Shown here one piece after another: positions 8,449 to 21,922 of a stretch of DNA of 64,000 nucleotides (its first letter is position 1; every line of letters starts with the position of its first letter). The notes below the pieces were generated by a model. It was not told the origin of the DNA and made no database searches. It saw only the letters and a list, made by a program, of their open reading frames with translations. The stretch lies in contig CANMFU010000004.1 of NCBI GenBank assembly GCA_947497295.1, positions 25,916 to 89,915 on the forward strand. The letters are read 5' to 3'. Both the position numbers and the translations under genes were made by a program. Source of the stretch: an uncultured Roseovarius sp. Its GTDB lineage: Bacteria > Pseudomonadota > Alphaproteobacteria > Rhodobacterales > Rhodobacteraceae.

Positions 8449-9855
8449 ATGAGTGCAGCAGACCTGCTGAATACCATCAAGGAAGAGGGCGTCGAATATG
8501 TCGACATCCGCTTTACCGATCCACGCGGCACCTTGCAGCATGTGACCATCGCCGTCGATCTGGTCGATGAGGATTTCATCGAAGAAGGCTTCATGTTCGA
8601 CGGATCGTCGATCGCAGGATGGAAGTCGATCGAGGCGTCGGACATGAAGCTGATGATGGACACCGATACTGCCTATATCGACCCGTTTTACGCTGAAAAG
8701 ACGCTCTGCGTGCATTGCAGCGTGGTCGAGCCTGACACAGGCGAGCCCTATGACCGCGACCCGCGCGGCACCGCCGAAAAGGCCGAAGCCTATCTGAAAT
8801 CGTCGGGCATCGGCGACACCGCCTTCATGGGCCCCGAAGCCGAGTTTTTCCTGTTTGACGATGTGCGGTTTTCCAACACCGTCAACAAGGTATCCTACGA
8901 GGTCGACGCGCAGGATGGATCGTGGAATTCCGACACCGTCTATGAAATGGGTAACATGGGCCATCGCCCCGGCCTGAAGGGCGGCTATTTTCCCGTCAAT
9001 CCCACCGATGACGCCCATGACATCCGCAGTGAAATGTTGTCGACGATGAAGCGCCTCGGCATGAAGGTGGACAAGCATCACCACGAAGTTGGCAGCTGTC
9101 AGCACGAACTGGGCCTGATCTTTGGCACGCTGACCGCGCAGGCCGATGAGATCATGAAATACAAGTATGTGATCCACAACGTCGCGCAGGCTTACGGCAA
9201 ATCGGCCACCTTCATGCCCAAGCCGATCTATGGCGACAACGGCAGCGGCATGCATGTCAACATGTCGATCTGGAAGGACGGCAAGCCGCTGTTCGCGGGC
9301 GATAAATACGCTGACCTCAGCCAGGAAGCGCTGTGGTTCATCGGCGGCATTCTGAAGCACGCCAAATCGCTGAACGGCTTCACCAACCCCACCACCAACA
9401 GCTACAAGCGGCTGGTTCCGGGGTTCGAGGCGCCCGTTCTGTTGGCCTATTCGGCGCGCAACCGTTCGGGCTGCGTCCGTATCCCATGGACCGAATCGCC
9501 CAAGGCCAAGCGCGTCGAGGCGCGTTTTCCCGATCCGGCGGCCAACCCGTACTTGTGCTTCTCGGCGCTGCTGATGGCCGGGCTGGACGGCATCAAGAAC
9601 AAGATCGACCCCGGCGAGGCGATGGATAAAAACCTCTATGATCTGCCCGCCGAGGAGCTGAAAGGCATCCCCACCGTCTGCGGCAGCCTGCGCGAGGCGA
9701 TGGAAGCGTTGCAGGCCGACCACGATTACCTGCTGGCCGGCGATGTGTTCACCAAAAGCCAGATCGAGGGCTATATCGCCCTGAAAATGGCCGAGGCGCT
9801 GAAATACGATCAGACACCGCACCCGGTGGAATTCCAGATGTATTACAGCTGCTGA
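8449..9855 (+). CDS. glnA: Glutamine synthetase type I
   Basis: [19 protein letters not shown] and NLYDLP (adenylylation Tyr) motifs. Confidence 0.99.
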   Translation: MSAADLLNTIKEEGVEYVDIRFTDPRGTLQHVTIAVDLVDEDFIEEGFMFDGSSIAGWKSIEASDMKLMMDTDTAYIDPFYAEKTLCVHCSVVEPDTGEPYDRDPRGTAEKAEAYLKSSGIGDTAFMGPEAEFFLFDDVRFSNTVNKVSYEVDAQDGSWNSDTVYEMGNMGHRPGLKGGYFPVNPTDDAHDIRSEMLSTMKRLGMKVDKHHHEVGSCQHELGLIFGTLTAQADEIMKYKYVIHNVAQAYGKSATFMPKPIYGDNGSGMHVNMSIWKDGKPLFAGDKYADLSQEALWFIGGILKHAKSLNGFTNPTTNSYKRLVPGFEAPVLLAYSARNRSGCVRIPWTESPKAKRVEARFPDPAANPYLCFSALLMAGLDGIKNKIDPGEAMDKNLYDLPAEELKGIPTVCGSLREAMEALQADHDYLLAGDVFTKSQIEGYIALKMAEALKYDQTPHPVEFQMYYSC

Positions 9856-9878
9856 TTTGCACGGCTTTAGAAAATTGG

Positions 9879-9907
9879 AAGGAGCGGGCCACAGCGCCCG
9901 CTCTTTT
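9879..9907 (+). terminator. Intrinsic terminator after glnA
   Basis: GAGCGGGC-loop-GCCCGCTC followed by TTTT. Confidence 0.75.
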
Positions 9908-10005
9908 CATAGGCGCGGCTTGACGTAACGAACGCGTTGCAGGGGGTGCATCCGGCGCCTGAAATCGCTTATCTAAGGGGGTGTGAGCCAAAAAGGAGCG
10001 CCCCC

Positions 10006-11217
10006 ATGCCGACCGAACGCCTGACATTCACCGGACATGACGGTGCCAGCCTCGCCGCGCGGCTGGATCTGCCCGAAGGGCCGCATCTGGCCACGGCTCT
10101 CTTTGCGCACTGTTTCACTTGCTCCAAGGATATCCACGCCGCCCGCCGCATCGCGGCGCGGCTGGCGGGCGCGGGCATCGCCGTCTTGCGCTTTGATTTC
10201 ACCGGGCTGGGCCATTCAGAGGGCGAGTTTGAGAACACCACTTTCACCAGCAATGTCGAGGATCTGGAGCTGGCAGCCAAGGCGCTGGAGGCACGCGATA
10301 TGGCCCCTGCCCTGCTGATCGGCCATTCGCTGGGCGGTGCAGCGGCGCTGCGCGTAGCGCGGCGGCTGGCATCGGTGCGCGCGGTCGTCACCATCGGCGC
10401 GCCGTTCGATCCGGGCCATGTCACGCATAATTTCGCGGGCGCGCTGGACGAAATCGCCAGCAAAGGCGCCGCCGAGGTCAATCTGGGCGGACGTCCCGTG
10501 CGCATTGGCCGCGCTTTTGTCGAGGATGTCAGCGCCGAGGCGCTGGCGCCTGAGATCGCGAACCTCAGACGCGCGCTACTGGTCATGCACGCCCCGCGCG
10601 ACGAGGTTGTGAGCATCGACAACGCCGGCGCCATATTCAGCGCCGCGAAACATCCCAAAAGCTTTGTCACCCTATGCGATGCCGATCATCTGATCACCCG
10701 ACCCGAAGACGCGGAATACGTCGCCGAAGTTATCGCCGCATGGGCGACCCGCTATCTGGACTTGCGCGCCCCTGTCCCGCCCCCCGGCGCGCCCGAAGGC
10801 GTGGTGCGCGTGTCCGAGGCGGACCCGGACGGCTTCTTGCAGGATATCAACTCCGGCCCGCGCCATCACGCCGTCGCGGACGAGCCGCTGGCCTATGGCG
10901 GCACCGATCGCGGCATGTCGCCCTACGGATTTCTGGCCGCCGGCCTTGGTGCCTGCACGTCGATGACGATCCGCATGTATGCGCGGCGCAAGGAATGGCC
11001 GCTGGACCATGTGCGGGTCGATGTCTGCCATGACAAGGTTCACGCACAGGACGCCGGTACCGCCGGTCCGGCAAAAATCGACCAGTTCACGCGTGTCGTC
11101 TATCTGGAGGGTGATCTGACCGACGAACAGCGCGACCGCCTGCTGGAAATCGCGGATCGCTGCCCGGTCCACCGCACGATGGAAGCGACATCACATATCA
11201 TCACCAAGGCCGGTTAG
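10006..11217 (+). CDS. Alpha/beta hydrolase-OsmC fusion protein
   Basis: AHCFTCSKD and the GHSLGG nucleophile elbow. The C-terminal OsmC domain has LGACTSMT...RCPVH. RBS AAGGAG before ATG 10006. Confidence 0.9.
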   Translation: MPTERLTFTGHDGASLAARLDLPEGPHLATALFAHCFTCSKDIHAARRIAARLAGAGIAVLRFDFTGLGHSEGEFENTTFTSNVEDLELAAKALEARDMAPALLIGHSLGGAAALRVARRLASVRAVVTIGAPFDPGHVTHNFAGALDEIASKGAAEVNLGGRPVRIGRAFVEDVSAEALAPEIANLRRALLVMHAPRDEVVSIDNAGAIFSAAKHPKSFVTLCDADHLITRPEDAEYVAEVIAAWATRYLDLRAPVPPPGAPEGVVRVSEADPDGFLQDINSGPRHHAVADEPLAYGGTDRGMSPYGFLAAGLGACTSMTIRMYARRKEWPLDHVRVDVCHDKVHAQDAGTAGPAKIDQFTRVVYLEGDLTDEQRDRLLEIADRCPVHRTMEATSHIITKAG

Positions 11218-11290
11218 ACCCACCCGCCTTGGCATCGGGCGCAGCGCGGGATAAACCCCGCGCAACCCACGCAAACCAGAGGCCCTGCAT

Positions 11291-12595
11291 ATGATTCCCC
11301 GTTATTCCCGCCCCGAAATGGTCGCCATCTGGTCGCCCCAGACCAAATTCCGCATCTGGTACGAGATCGAGGCGCATGCCTGCGACGCCATGGCCGATCT
11401 GGGCGTGATCCCGCGCGAGAATGCCGAGGCCGTGTGGAAGGCCAAGGACGTAGAATTCGACATCGCGCGCATTGACGAAATCGAGGCCGTAACCAAGCAT
11501 GACGTCATCGCCTTTCTTACCCATCTGGCCGAGCATGTCGGCAGCGATGCCGCGCGTTTCGTCCATCAGGGCATGACATCCTCGGACGTGCTCGACACTT
11601 GCTTCAACGTGCAACTGGTGCGCGCGAGCGACATCCTTATCGAAGATATGAAGGCGCTGCTGGCCGCCCTCAAACGCCGCGCTTACGAGCACAAGGATAC
11701 GATCCGCATCGGGCGCAGCCACGGCATCCATGCAGAACCCACCACGATGGGGCTGACTTTCGCGCGTTTCTACGCGGAAATGGATCGCAACCTGAACCGT
11801 CTCGAAAAGGCCCGTTACGAGATCGCCACCGGCGCCATCTCGGGCGCGGTCGGCACGTTCGCCAATATCGACCCGGCGGTCGAGGAGCACGTCTGCAAGC
11901 AGATGGGACTGGAGCCTGAGCCGATCAGCACGCAAGTGATTCCACGCGACCGGCATGCCGCATTTTTCGCCGCGCTCGGCGTCGTGGCCAGCAGCATCGA
12001 GAACATCTCGATTGAGATCCGCCATATGCAGCGCACAGAGGTGCTGGAGGCCGAGGAATTCTTCAGCGCCGGCCAAAAGGGCTCGTCAGCCATGCCGCAC
12101 AAGCGCAACCCGGTGCTGTCGGAAAACCTGACCGGTCTTGCCCGCCTCGTGCGCATGGCTGTGGTCCCTGCAATGGAAAACGTGGCGCTGTGGCACGAGC
12201 GCGATATTTCGCACTCCTCGGTCGAACGCAACATCGGCCCCGACACCACCATCACGCTGGATTTCGCGCTGGCGCGGCTGACCGGGCTAGTGGACAAACT
12301 GGTGATCTATCCCGACAACATGCTGGCCAATATGAATAAATTCCGCGGCCTCGTGATGTCGCAGCGGGTTCTTCTGGCCCTGACACAGGCCGGCGTCAGC
12401 CGCGAGGATTCGTACAAACTCGTTCAGCGCAACGCGATGAAAGTCTGGGAAGAAGGCAAGGATTTCAAGACCGAGCTGTTGGCAGATGCAGACGTTCTAA
12501 AGGCTCTGACAGCCGAAGAGATCGAAGATAAATTCGATCTGGCCTATCATACCAAACATGTCGATACGATCTTTGCCCGCGTCTTTGGCGACTGA
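11291..12595 (+). CDS. purB: Adenylosuccinate lyase
   Basis: GRSHGIHAEPTT and the signature GSSAMPHKRNP. Confidence 0.99.
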   Translation: MIPRYSRPEMVAIWSPQTKFRIWYEIEAHACDAMADLGVIPRENAEAVWKAKDVEFDIARIDEIEAVTKHDVIAFLTHLAEHVGSDAARFVHQGMTSSDVLDTCFNVQLVRASDILIEDMKALLAALKRRAYEHKDTIRIGRSHGIHAEPTTMGLTFARFYAEMDRNLNRLEKARYEIATGAISGAVGTFANIDPAVEEHVCKQMGLEPEPISTQVIPRDRHAAFFAALGVVASSIENISIEIRHMQRTEVLEAEEFFSAGQKGSSAMPHKRNPVLSENLTGLARLVRMAVVPAMENVALWHERDISHSSVERNIGPDTTITLDFALARLTGLVDKLVIYPDNMLANMNKFRGLVMSQRVLLALTQAGVSREDSYKLVQRNAMKVWEEGKDFKTELLADADVLKALTAEEIEDKFDLAYHTKHVDTIFARVFGD

Positions 12596-12632
12596 TCCGC
12601 GCTCCGATTAATCTGCGCCGTCACATACCAGC

Positions 12633-12670
12633 CGGCCCGCCCGATAACGTGGCGGGCCGATTTCGTTTCT
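12633..12670 (+). terminator. Terminator after purB
   Basis: CGGCCCGCC...GGCGGGCCG hairpin followed by ATTTCGTTTCT. Confidence 0.6.
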
Positions 12671-12773
12671 CAGCATTTATAAAGCCTGCGCAGGTGGGAC
12701 AAAGCAATAACATCTTAGATAATTCTTCATTATTGCGGGCCTATGGTTGTCAAAACCCTGAATGAGGGACGCA

Positions 12774-13835
12774 ATGAGTCACCCCACACCGCTCGCACGG
12801 ATCGCTCCGCCGACACAGACTGCCGCACGGCTAACTCGCCGACAAAAAGCGGCAATTATCGTGCGTTTCCTTATAAACGAAGGTGCGGAAGTGCCGCTGT
12901 CGGACCTGCCCGATGCTTTGCAGGGCACATTGACCACACAGATGGGGTCAATGCGTTATGTTGACCGCGCAACCCTGATTTCTGTCGTCACCGAATTTGC
13001 AGCCGAGCTTGAGGGGATGGGCCTGACCTTTCCCCACGGAATGGCCGGTGCACTGACCGCATTGGATGGGCGCATCAGCCCCCAAACGGCTGCGCGCTTG
13101 CGCAAAGAGGCCGGCGTACGGCAGTTTGGCGACCCTTGGGAGCAGGTCCGCGCCGCTGACGTGGACGATCTGGTGCCCATCATCTTGGCCGAAAGCACAG
13201 AGGTCGCCGCAGTCATGCTGTCCAAACTTGACGTCACACGCGCCGCCGACCTCCTCAGCCGCCTGCCCGGCGACAAGGCGCGTCGCATAACATTCGCCGT
13301 ATCGCAAACAGAAGCCGTCACACCCGGCGCGGTGGACCGGATCGGTCTGTCTTTGGCCGCGCAATTGAACGACAAGCCGCAAACAGCCTTCACCGACGGC
13401 CCCGCTAATCGCATAGGAGCTATCCTGAACTCTACCCCGTCAGCCCTGCGCGACGACGTTCTGACCGGCCTGGATGCCGAGGATCAGGAGTTTGCCACGC
13501 AGGTCCGCCGTGCAATTTTCACATTCGCCAACGTTCCAGCCCGCGTGAACCCAATCGACATCCCCAAAGTCACGCGCGAGGTGGACAATGCCACGCTTGT
13601 TACCGCCTTGGCCGCAGCTTCTACCGGCGATCTGGCCGTGGTAGCAGAGTTTATCCTGGAAAATCTCTCTCGTCGAATGGCGGATGCTCTGCGCGAAGAG
13701 ATGGAGGAGTCGGGCCGAATAAAGCCCAAGGAAGGTGAAGAGGCCATGACGCAGGTCGTGAACGCCATACGCCGACTTGCTGCCTCTGGTGACATCACCC
13801 TGATCCAGCCGGGTGAGGACGATGACGAGGACTAA
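12774..13835 (+). CDS. fliG: Flagellar motor switch protein FliG
   Basis: LTRRQKAAIIV N-terminus, FTFxxVP, and a C-terminal LS.RMADALREEMEE torque-helix region. Confidence 0.88.
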   Translation: MSHPTPLARIAPPTQTAARLTRRQKAAIIVRFLINEGAEVPLSDLPDALQGTLTTQMGSMRYVDRATLISVVTEFAAELEGMGLTFPHGMAGALTALDGRISPQTAARLRKEAGVRQFGDPWEQVRAADVDDLVPIILAESTEVAAVMLSKLDVTRAADLLSRLPGDKARRITFAVSQTEAVTPGAVDRIGLSLAAQLNDKPQTAFTDGPANRIGAILNSTPSALRDDVLTGLDAEDQEFATQVRRAIFTFANVPARVNPIDIPKVTREVDNATLVTALAAASTGDLAVVAEFILENLSRRMADALREEMEESGRIKPKEGEEAMTQVVNAIRRLAASGDITLIQPGEDDDED

Positions 13836-13955
13836 ATGACAAGTGCGATGCTCTTCATTCGGTTGTCGACAAACTGTGCCTCCGGCCGCGTGACTTGTGA
13901 TCACGGCACACGCGCTTTATGTCTGCGTAACCATGGTAACTTGGCGGGGACATCT

Positions 13956-14918
13956 ATGAGCGAACAGAACGATCCTGCCATCGCACGTTTTGGCGAATAT
14001 CTTGTTAATTTGCTTTTGCGCGGACTGATCGGACTGGCCGGCCTCATGCCGTATCGCTGGCGGATACCGGCCCTTGGCTGGATGACCGCGCGCATTGTCG
14101 CACCCTTGGCCGGATATACCAGACGCGTGCGCGAAAACCTGGAATTTGTCCTGCCAGATCTTCCCAAGCCAGAAATTCGCCGTCTGATGCGCGCCGTTCC
14201 CGATAATGCTGGACGCAACATGATGGAGATGTATTCAGCTGCCGATTTTTCCGCACGCGCTCGGCATTCGGCCGTCACCGGCCCTGGCCTGCCGGTAATA
14301 GAGCAGGCGCGCGCGGAGGGGCGCCCTGTCATCTTCGTCACCGGTCATCTGGGCAGCTTCAACGCCGCACGTGTTGCAATGGTCGAGCAGGGCTTTGAAA
14401 TGGGCGTTTTCTATCGACCGATGAAAAACCGCTATTTCAACGCCCATTACACCAACGCCATGGGCGCCCTCAGTCAGCCAATGTTCGAGCAAGGCCGCCG
14501 CGGCATGATCCAGATGACGAAACATCTGCGCGCGGGCGGCGTTCTGGCCATACTGAACGATCTCAACGCGCATGGCGGCATACCGCTGGACTTTTTCGGC
14601 CAACCTGCGCTCACGTCTTTGGTAACGGCTGAGTTGGCTCTGAAATTTGATGCGCCACTGGTTCCAGTCTGGGGCATCCGCCGCGATAACGGCCTCGATT
14701 TTGACATTCATGTGGAGGAGCCAATTCCTCCCGGTGATCCCGTCGACATGACCCGCGAATTTAACGCCCGACTCGAGGCTCAGGTGCGTCAGCACATGGA
14801 TCAATGGTTCTGGATACATCGTCGGTGGAAAGACGGGACAGGCGCAATGGCGGACTCGGGCGCCGCCCGTGTTGCGGCACAGGCTGCCGACGCGCCGCAG
14901 GATAAATCGCTACCGTAG
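13956..14918 (+). CDS. Lipid A biosynthesis (lauroyl/myristoyl) acyltransferase family
   Basis: TGHLGSFN (the H..GxW/F motif), FYRPMKNRY, ILNDL, LDFFGQPA and WFWIHRRWK. Confidence 0.85.
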   Translation: MSEQNDPAIARFGEYLVNLLLRGLIGLAGLMPYRWRIPALGWMTARIVAPLAGYTRRVRENLEFVLPDLPKPEIRRLMRAVPDNAGRNMMEMYSAADFSARARHSAVTGPGLPVIEQARAEGRPVIFVTGHLGSFNAARVAMVEQGFEMGVFYRPMKNRYFNAHYTNAMGALSQPMFEQGRRGMIQMTKHLRAGGVLAILNDLNAHGGIPLDFFGQPALTSLVTAELALKFDAPLVPVWGIRRDNGLDFDIHVEEPIPPGDPVDMTREFNARLEAQVRQHMDQWFWIHRRWKDGTGAMADSGAARVAAQAADAPQDKSLP

Positions 14919-15617
14919 TATCGCGGCGGCTTCGACTGTGCCAAAGCCGGGTCGCTGCAGTATAACAACGATTGGCTCGGCTCCACTTGCCGGCACGCGC
15001 ACCGACAATGGCTCCGCGGTATCCCACCGAACCAATTCCTGAATATCAGTTACGATGTTAGCATATGTGTATACATGCCCGGCATTCTCGCCGTCCGTTA
15101 TCGCTACGTCTTGGCTTGGGATGAAGCGAGCTATCAGTACGGCAAATGGACGGCGATTGCCTGTCAAATCCTCAGCGCTTATTTCAATCTGGCCGTTCTC
15201 GCGGTGGACATTCAGTGCAACTGTTTGCGGCGCTGCAAGGCGGCGCGCGATAAGCGCGTTGACGTCTTCTGGACGGTTGCCGACGACATCATCAATACCA
15301 TCGATAATCATTTGTGGCGTGTAAACCATCCTGCGCCCGGCCGCTTCGGCGTACCCGTACTGGCGTTCGGTGTGCGCGGGTTTACCAAAAACATCGTCAA
15401 AAATATAATCCCAATAATCAACATGCAAAGCGAGCGCGATAACATCATCACGCGCGGATAATTCATGCATGAATGCATCGGCGGGCGGGCAGGATGAACA
15501 ACCCTGCGATGTAAAGAGCTCCACTAAAACCGGCTGCGCAGGAGGGGATTCGGCCCATGCTGAGAAGGGCAGGATCGCAGTAACCATCGCAAAGACTTTT
15601 GTGCGCATAGATACCAC
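14910..15617 (-). CDS. DUF1223 family secreted thioredoxin-like protein
   Basis: Signal peptide, VELFTSQGCSSCPPAD, LHVDYWDY and YTPQM. Confidence 0.9.
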   Translation of the reverse strand: MVSMRTKVFAMVTAILPFSAWAESPPAQPVLVELFTSQGCSSCPPADAFMHELSARDDVIALALHVDYWDYIFDDVFGKPAHTERQYGYAEAAGRRMVYTPQMIIDGIDDVVGNRPEDVNALIARRLAAPQTVALNVHRENGQIEISAEDLTGNRRPFAVLIARFIPSQDVAITDGENAGHVYTYANIVTDIQELVRWDTAEPLSVRVPASGAEPIVVILQRPGFGTVEAAAILR

Positions 15618-15925
15618 TCTGCACTCCTCATCTAATGAGTGAACGCTAGGCAGGTGCGGCTTGAAACACCAATCAAGGTTTCGTCAGTAGCCTCTTCGTC
15701 CTCGCTCTCGCATTTTTTGGTGTGCCGTGGTATACAAATATTGCGACGCCCCTTGATAGCTGGTTTGAAATGGTTCAAAGCTAGGCAACAGCGACATGGG
15801 ACCTCAGCAAACGGTTTCAAACGGAACGTACCGGGCAGGTTGCACGAATAGCCCGACAGTAACGTTTGTTCATGATATCGTACCTTCACCCTAGCAAAAC
15901 GCCAGTGACCCGAAAGGACAGCCAG

Positions 15926-18706
<2,781 letters not shown>

Positions 18707-18740
18707 TCCGCGCCGGATAAGGCACCGATGATGAATTGAG

Positions 18741-18775
18741 AAACGCCCGCGGCCTTGGCCAGCGGGCGTTTTTTT
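18741..18775. terminator. Terminator between convergent acnA and ccmG
   Basis: AAACGCCCGC...GCGGGCGTTTTTTT. Confidence 0.8.
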
Positions 18776-18784
18776 GTCTGTGTT

Positions 18785-19324
18785 CTACTGGCCCAGCGCC
18801 TTTTCCAGCTCGGGACGAAAACGCTGCTCGTAATCGCTGCCGATCAGCGGTCCGGCAAAGCGGAACAGCACCGTGCCGTCACCATCTATGATAAACGTCT
18901 CGGGCGGCGCGGTAACACCCCAATCAATCGCAGAGCTTCCCTTGGGGTCGAACCCAAGGGCAAAGAACGGATCGCCTTCGTCCTGGAGATAGCGATTGGC
19001 CTGCACGGCATCGTCCTTGAAATTTACGCCGGCAACCCGCAGGCCAGAGGCGCTCATCGCCTCAAGCGTGGGATGCTCAACCCGGCATGGTGGGCACCAA
19101 CTGGCCCAGAAGTTGACAATAGTCACGTCACCGCCGCGCAAATCGCTATCGGTCAGCAGCGTGCGCCCGGCGAGGGTCTTCTCCGGAACCGGCGGGGCTG
19201 GCTGGCCGATGAACACGGATGGCAATAGATTGGGATTGCCACGCTGCACCCCAACGTAAAATAGTGCTGCCAGACATGCAAAAAGGACCGGTGGTGCAAT
19301 CATGAAAGGTGAAATTTTAGCCAT
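18785..19324 (-). CDS. ccmG: Thiol:disulfide interchange protein DsbE/CcmG
   Basis: VNFWASWCPPCRVEHP and WGVTAPPETF; last gene of the ccm operon. Confidence 0.95.
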   Translation of the reverse strand: MAKISPFMIAPPVLFACLAALFYVGVQRGNPNLLPSVFIGQPAPPVPEKTLAGRTLLTDSDLRGGDVTIVNFWASWCPPCRVEHPTLEAMSASGLRVAGVNFKDDAVQANRYLQDEGDPFFALGFDPKGSSAIDWGVTAPPETFIIDGDGTVLFRFAGPLIGSDYEQRFRPELEKALGQ

Positions 19325-19475
19325 CTCGCCGCATCCTTTGCTCAATCGCCGCCAGATCGCGCCGCATCTTGCGTGCGCGCATCAGGCTGAGCGTGCACAG
19401 CACGACAAGCATCGCCACCGAGATCCCGTAGGACCCCAGTACAGCGAACACATATTTCCCTAGCTCGGGCATCAT
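19317..19475 (-). CDS. ccmD: Heme exporter protein D
   Basis: 52-aa ORF MMPELGKYVFAVLGSYGIS...RRDLAAIE. Its start overlaps the ccmC stop and its stop overlaps the ccmG start. Confidence 0.9.
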   Translation of the reverse strand: MMPELGKYVFAVLGSYGISVAMLVVLCTLSLMRARKMRRDLAAIEQRMRRDG

Positions 19476-20203
19476 CCCATCCTTTCGCGTGCCAGCAGAA
19501 CGCGCATCCGCCGCGCCCTGATTTCCGTCTGCGTGCGCAGCAATACCAGCGCCACGAACAGCAAGACGAAACCTGCAATGCAGACCAGAAGGGGCAGATA
19601 GAATACGTCGGCCACGTTTTCCTCTTTGTCCAAACTTAGCGATGCGCCCTGATGCAAGCCTTGGTTCCAGAAAAGTACTGCGTAGCGGCTGAGCAAAGCA
19701 AAGACTGATCCGACAAGGCACAGAACCGATGTCAGATCGGCGGCGGTATCGTCGTTTTCTATCGCGGCCCAAAGGGCGATATAGCCCAGATAAAACAGCA
19801 GAAGGATCAGAAAGGACGTCAGGCGTGGGTCCCAGACCCACCAGGTGCCCCAGATCGGTTGACCCCAAAGCGCCCCGGTTACCAGTGCAATCAGCGTCAT
19901 TACCGCACCTACCGGTGCTGCGGCGCGGGCCGCAAGCGCGCTGACGTGGTGGCGCCGGACGATCCAGACCAGCGACGCGACCAGCATCATCAGCCACGCA
20001 TTGATCGCCATCAGTGCCGCGGGCACGTGAAGGTAGATGATCTTGACGCTGGCGCCCTGGCGGTAATCTTCGGGCGTGAAGAAAAATCCCCAGACAAGAC
20101 CCACAACAAGGCACACCAGCGCCAGCCCGCCTACCCACGGCAGAACGAGATCCGACGTGGCGATAAACTTGCGTGGATTGGCGTATTCCCAGAGCGAGGC
20201 CAT
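19472..20203 (-). CDS. ccmC: Heme exporter protein C
   Basis: YLHVPAA and the WWD motif WGQPIWGTWWVWDPRLTS. Confidence 0.97.
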   Translation of the reverse strand: MASLWEYANPRKFIATSDLVLPWVGGLALVCLVVGLVWGFFFTPEDYRQGASVKIIYLHVPAALMAINAWLMMLVASLVWIVRRHHVSALAARAAAPVGAVMTLIALVTGALWGQPIWGTWWVWDPRLTSFLILLLFYLGYIALWAAIENDDTAADLTSVLCLVGSVFALLSRYAVLFWNQGLHQGASLSLDKEENVADVFYLPLLVCIAGFVLLFVALVLLRTQTEIRARRMRVLLARERMG

Positions 20204-20225
20204 GGATAGTCCTTTAAAACTGTGT

Positions 20226-20882
20226 TTACCGCAGGTTGACCCTTACTACCGCAGCCGAAGCGAAGGGCAAGAGCGCGATAGTGCCGCAGGTAATGCCCGC
20301 CAGCATTGCCAGCGGCATGGCATAGCCCAGCCCCTCTGCGCCGCGCCTTGCTGCCTCGGCACCGAAAATTAACGTCGGCACATAAAGCGGCAGCACCAGC
20401 AGCGACAGCAGCAAACCGCCACGTTTGACACCGACCGTCAGCGCCGCACCAAACGTGCCGATGACGCTGAGCGCCGGCGTGCCCAGCGCCAGCGATATCA
20501 GCAACGGTGCATATCCGTCGATCGGCAGGTTCAGCAAAACTGCCAGAAACGGCGCTGCCAGCACCAGCGGCAAGCCCGTTGTCAGCCAATGGGCCAACGC
20601 CTTGAGGCTGACCAGCGCCTCCATCGGCAGGGGCGCGGTGGCCAGCAGGTCAAGCGATCCGTCCTCGTGATCCAGCGCAAAAACGCGGTCCAGCGACAAA
20701 AGGCATGCCAGCAACGCGCCCAGCCACAGGATGCCCGGTGCGATGACCTGATGCAGGTCCGCGCGCGGGCCAACGGCAAACGGCACCAGAACCACAACGA
20801 TCAGGAAAAACGCCAGGCCAAGGCCGAACCCGCCGCCCGCCCGCATAGCGAGGCGCAGATCGCGGATCAGGACGGCCCTCAC
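20226..20882 (-). CDS. ccmB: Heme exporter protein B
   Basis: [17 protein letters not shown] and [14 protein letters not shown]. Confidence 0.97.
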   Translation of the reverse strand: MRAVLIRDLRLAMRAGGGFGLGLAFFLIVVVLVPFAVGPRADLHQVIAPGILWLGALLACLLSLDRVFALDHEDGSLDLLATAPLPMEALVSLKALAHWLTTGLPLVLAAPFLAVLLNLPIDGYAPLLISLALGTPALSVIGTFGAALTVGVKRGGLLLSLLVLPLYVPTLIFGAEAARRGAEGLGYAMPLAMLAGITCGTIALLPFASAAVVRVNLR

Positions 20883-21496
20883 AGGAATGCCTCGTCAAAG
20901 CTATCCAGCGCGGCGGCACGCGCCTTGAACGGGGCCACGTCGAATGTTTCAGCCTCGTCCAGACCAAGATCGATATGCGTGGCCATGATGGCCGCCCCCC
21001 CGCATCTCAGATGGGCGCGCACGGCGTCTGCGAACAGTTTGGTGGCGTGTGTATCCAGAGACACAGTCGGCTCGTCCAGCAGCCAGACACTGCGCTGCGC
21101 TACGATCAGGCGTGCAAGGCCAAGGCGCCGTTTTTGCCCCGCCGAAAGCGCGCCGGCAGGACGGTCTGCCAAACCCTCCAATTCATACGCGGCCATGGCC
21201 GCATCCACATCCCCGCCGCCGAAGATGGCGGACCAGAAAGTCAGGTTCTCATGGGCGGTCAGCGCGCTTTTTATGCCGTCGGCGTGGCCGGCATAAACCC
21301 GCGTTTCAGGCGCAGCCTCAACCCTGCCACGCAGGGGTGGCTGCAGACCGGCCAGCGTGCGCAGCAACGTCGTCTTGCCCGAGCCGTTAGGCCCCCGCAA
21401 AATCAGCGCGCGGCCGGGGGCGAGCGTAAAATTCAGGCCCTCCAGCACGGAAATTCCACCGCGCGAGACGCTCAGATTATGGGCAGATAGCAACAT
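20879..21496 (-). CDS. ccmA: Heme ABC exporter ATP-binding protein
   Basis: Walker [19 protein letters not shown] and WLLDEP. Confidence 0.97.
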   Translation of the reverse strand: MLLSAHNLSVSRGGISVLEGLNFTLAPGRALILRGPNGSGKTTLLRTLAGLQPPLRGRVEAAPETRVYAGHADGIKSALTAHENLTFWSAIFGGGDVDAAMAAYELEGLADRPAGALSAGQKRRLGLARLIVAQRSVWLLDEPTVSLDTHATKLFADAVRAHLRCGGAAIMATHIDLGLDEAETFDVAPFKARAAALDSFDEAFL

Positions 21497-21544
21497 GTGA
21501 AACGCTTAGCGCAAACCGTGCGGGGGGGGAAGACGCATCGGATA

Positions 21545-21898
21545 TCACACCGGTAGGACCGCCGCGGCAACACGCCGCCCCTCGGATAGCAGAACGTTAT
21601 AGGTACGGCAGGCTGCTGGCGAATTCATTATCTCCACTCCCAGTCCAGCCGCCTCCAGCGTATTGCGCAGGGATACCGGAATATGGGCAACCTCGGCGCC
21701 CGTCCCGACAAAGAGCACGTCGATATCCTCTACCAGATCCAGCAGCGGCTGCGTATCATCCAGACCGCCCCAACCACGCGCGCCGTTTTCCGTCACCAGC
21801 GCAGCGCCATTGATGACAACACCCCCGACCCGAAAAAAACCGGGGCCGTAGCCGTCAATCGGCGTCGCTTCATCAAAGGTGACTTCATAAAGCTGCAT
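21545..21898 (-). CDS. Mth938-like (DUF498) protein
   Basis: IDGYGPGFFR, VGTG and EIMNSPAACRTYNVLLSEGRRVAAA. It occupies the conserved position between secF and ccmA. Confidence 0.9.
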   Translation of the reverse strand: MQLYEVTFDEATPIDGYGPGFFRVGGVVINGAALVTENGARGWGGLDDTQPLLDLVEDIDVLFVGTGAEVAHIPVSLRNTLEAAGLGVEIMNSPAACRTYNVLLSEGRRVAAAVLPV

Positions 21899-21922
21899 GT
21901 CAGCACTCCTTTTATCAGTGGA

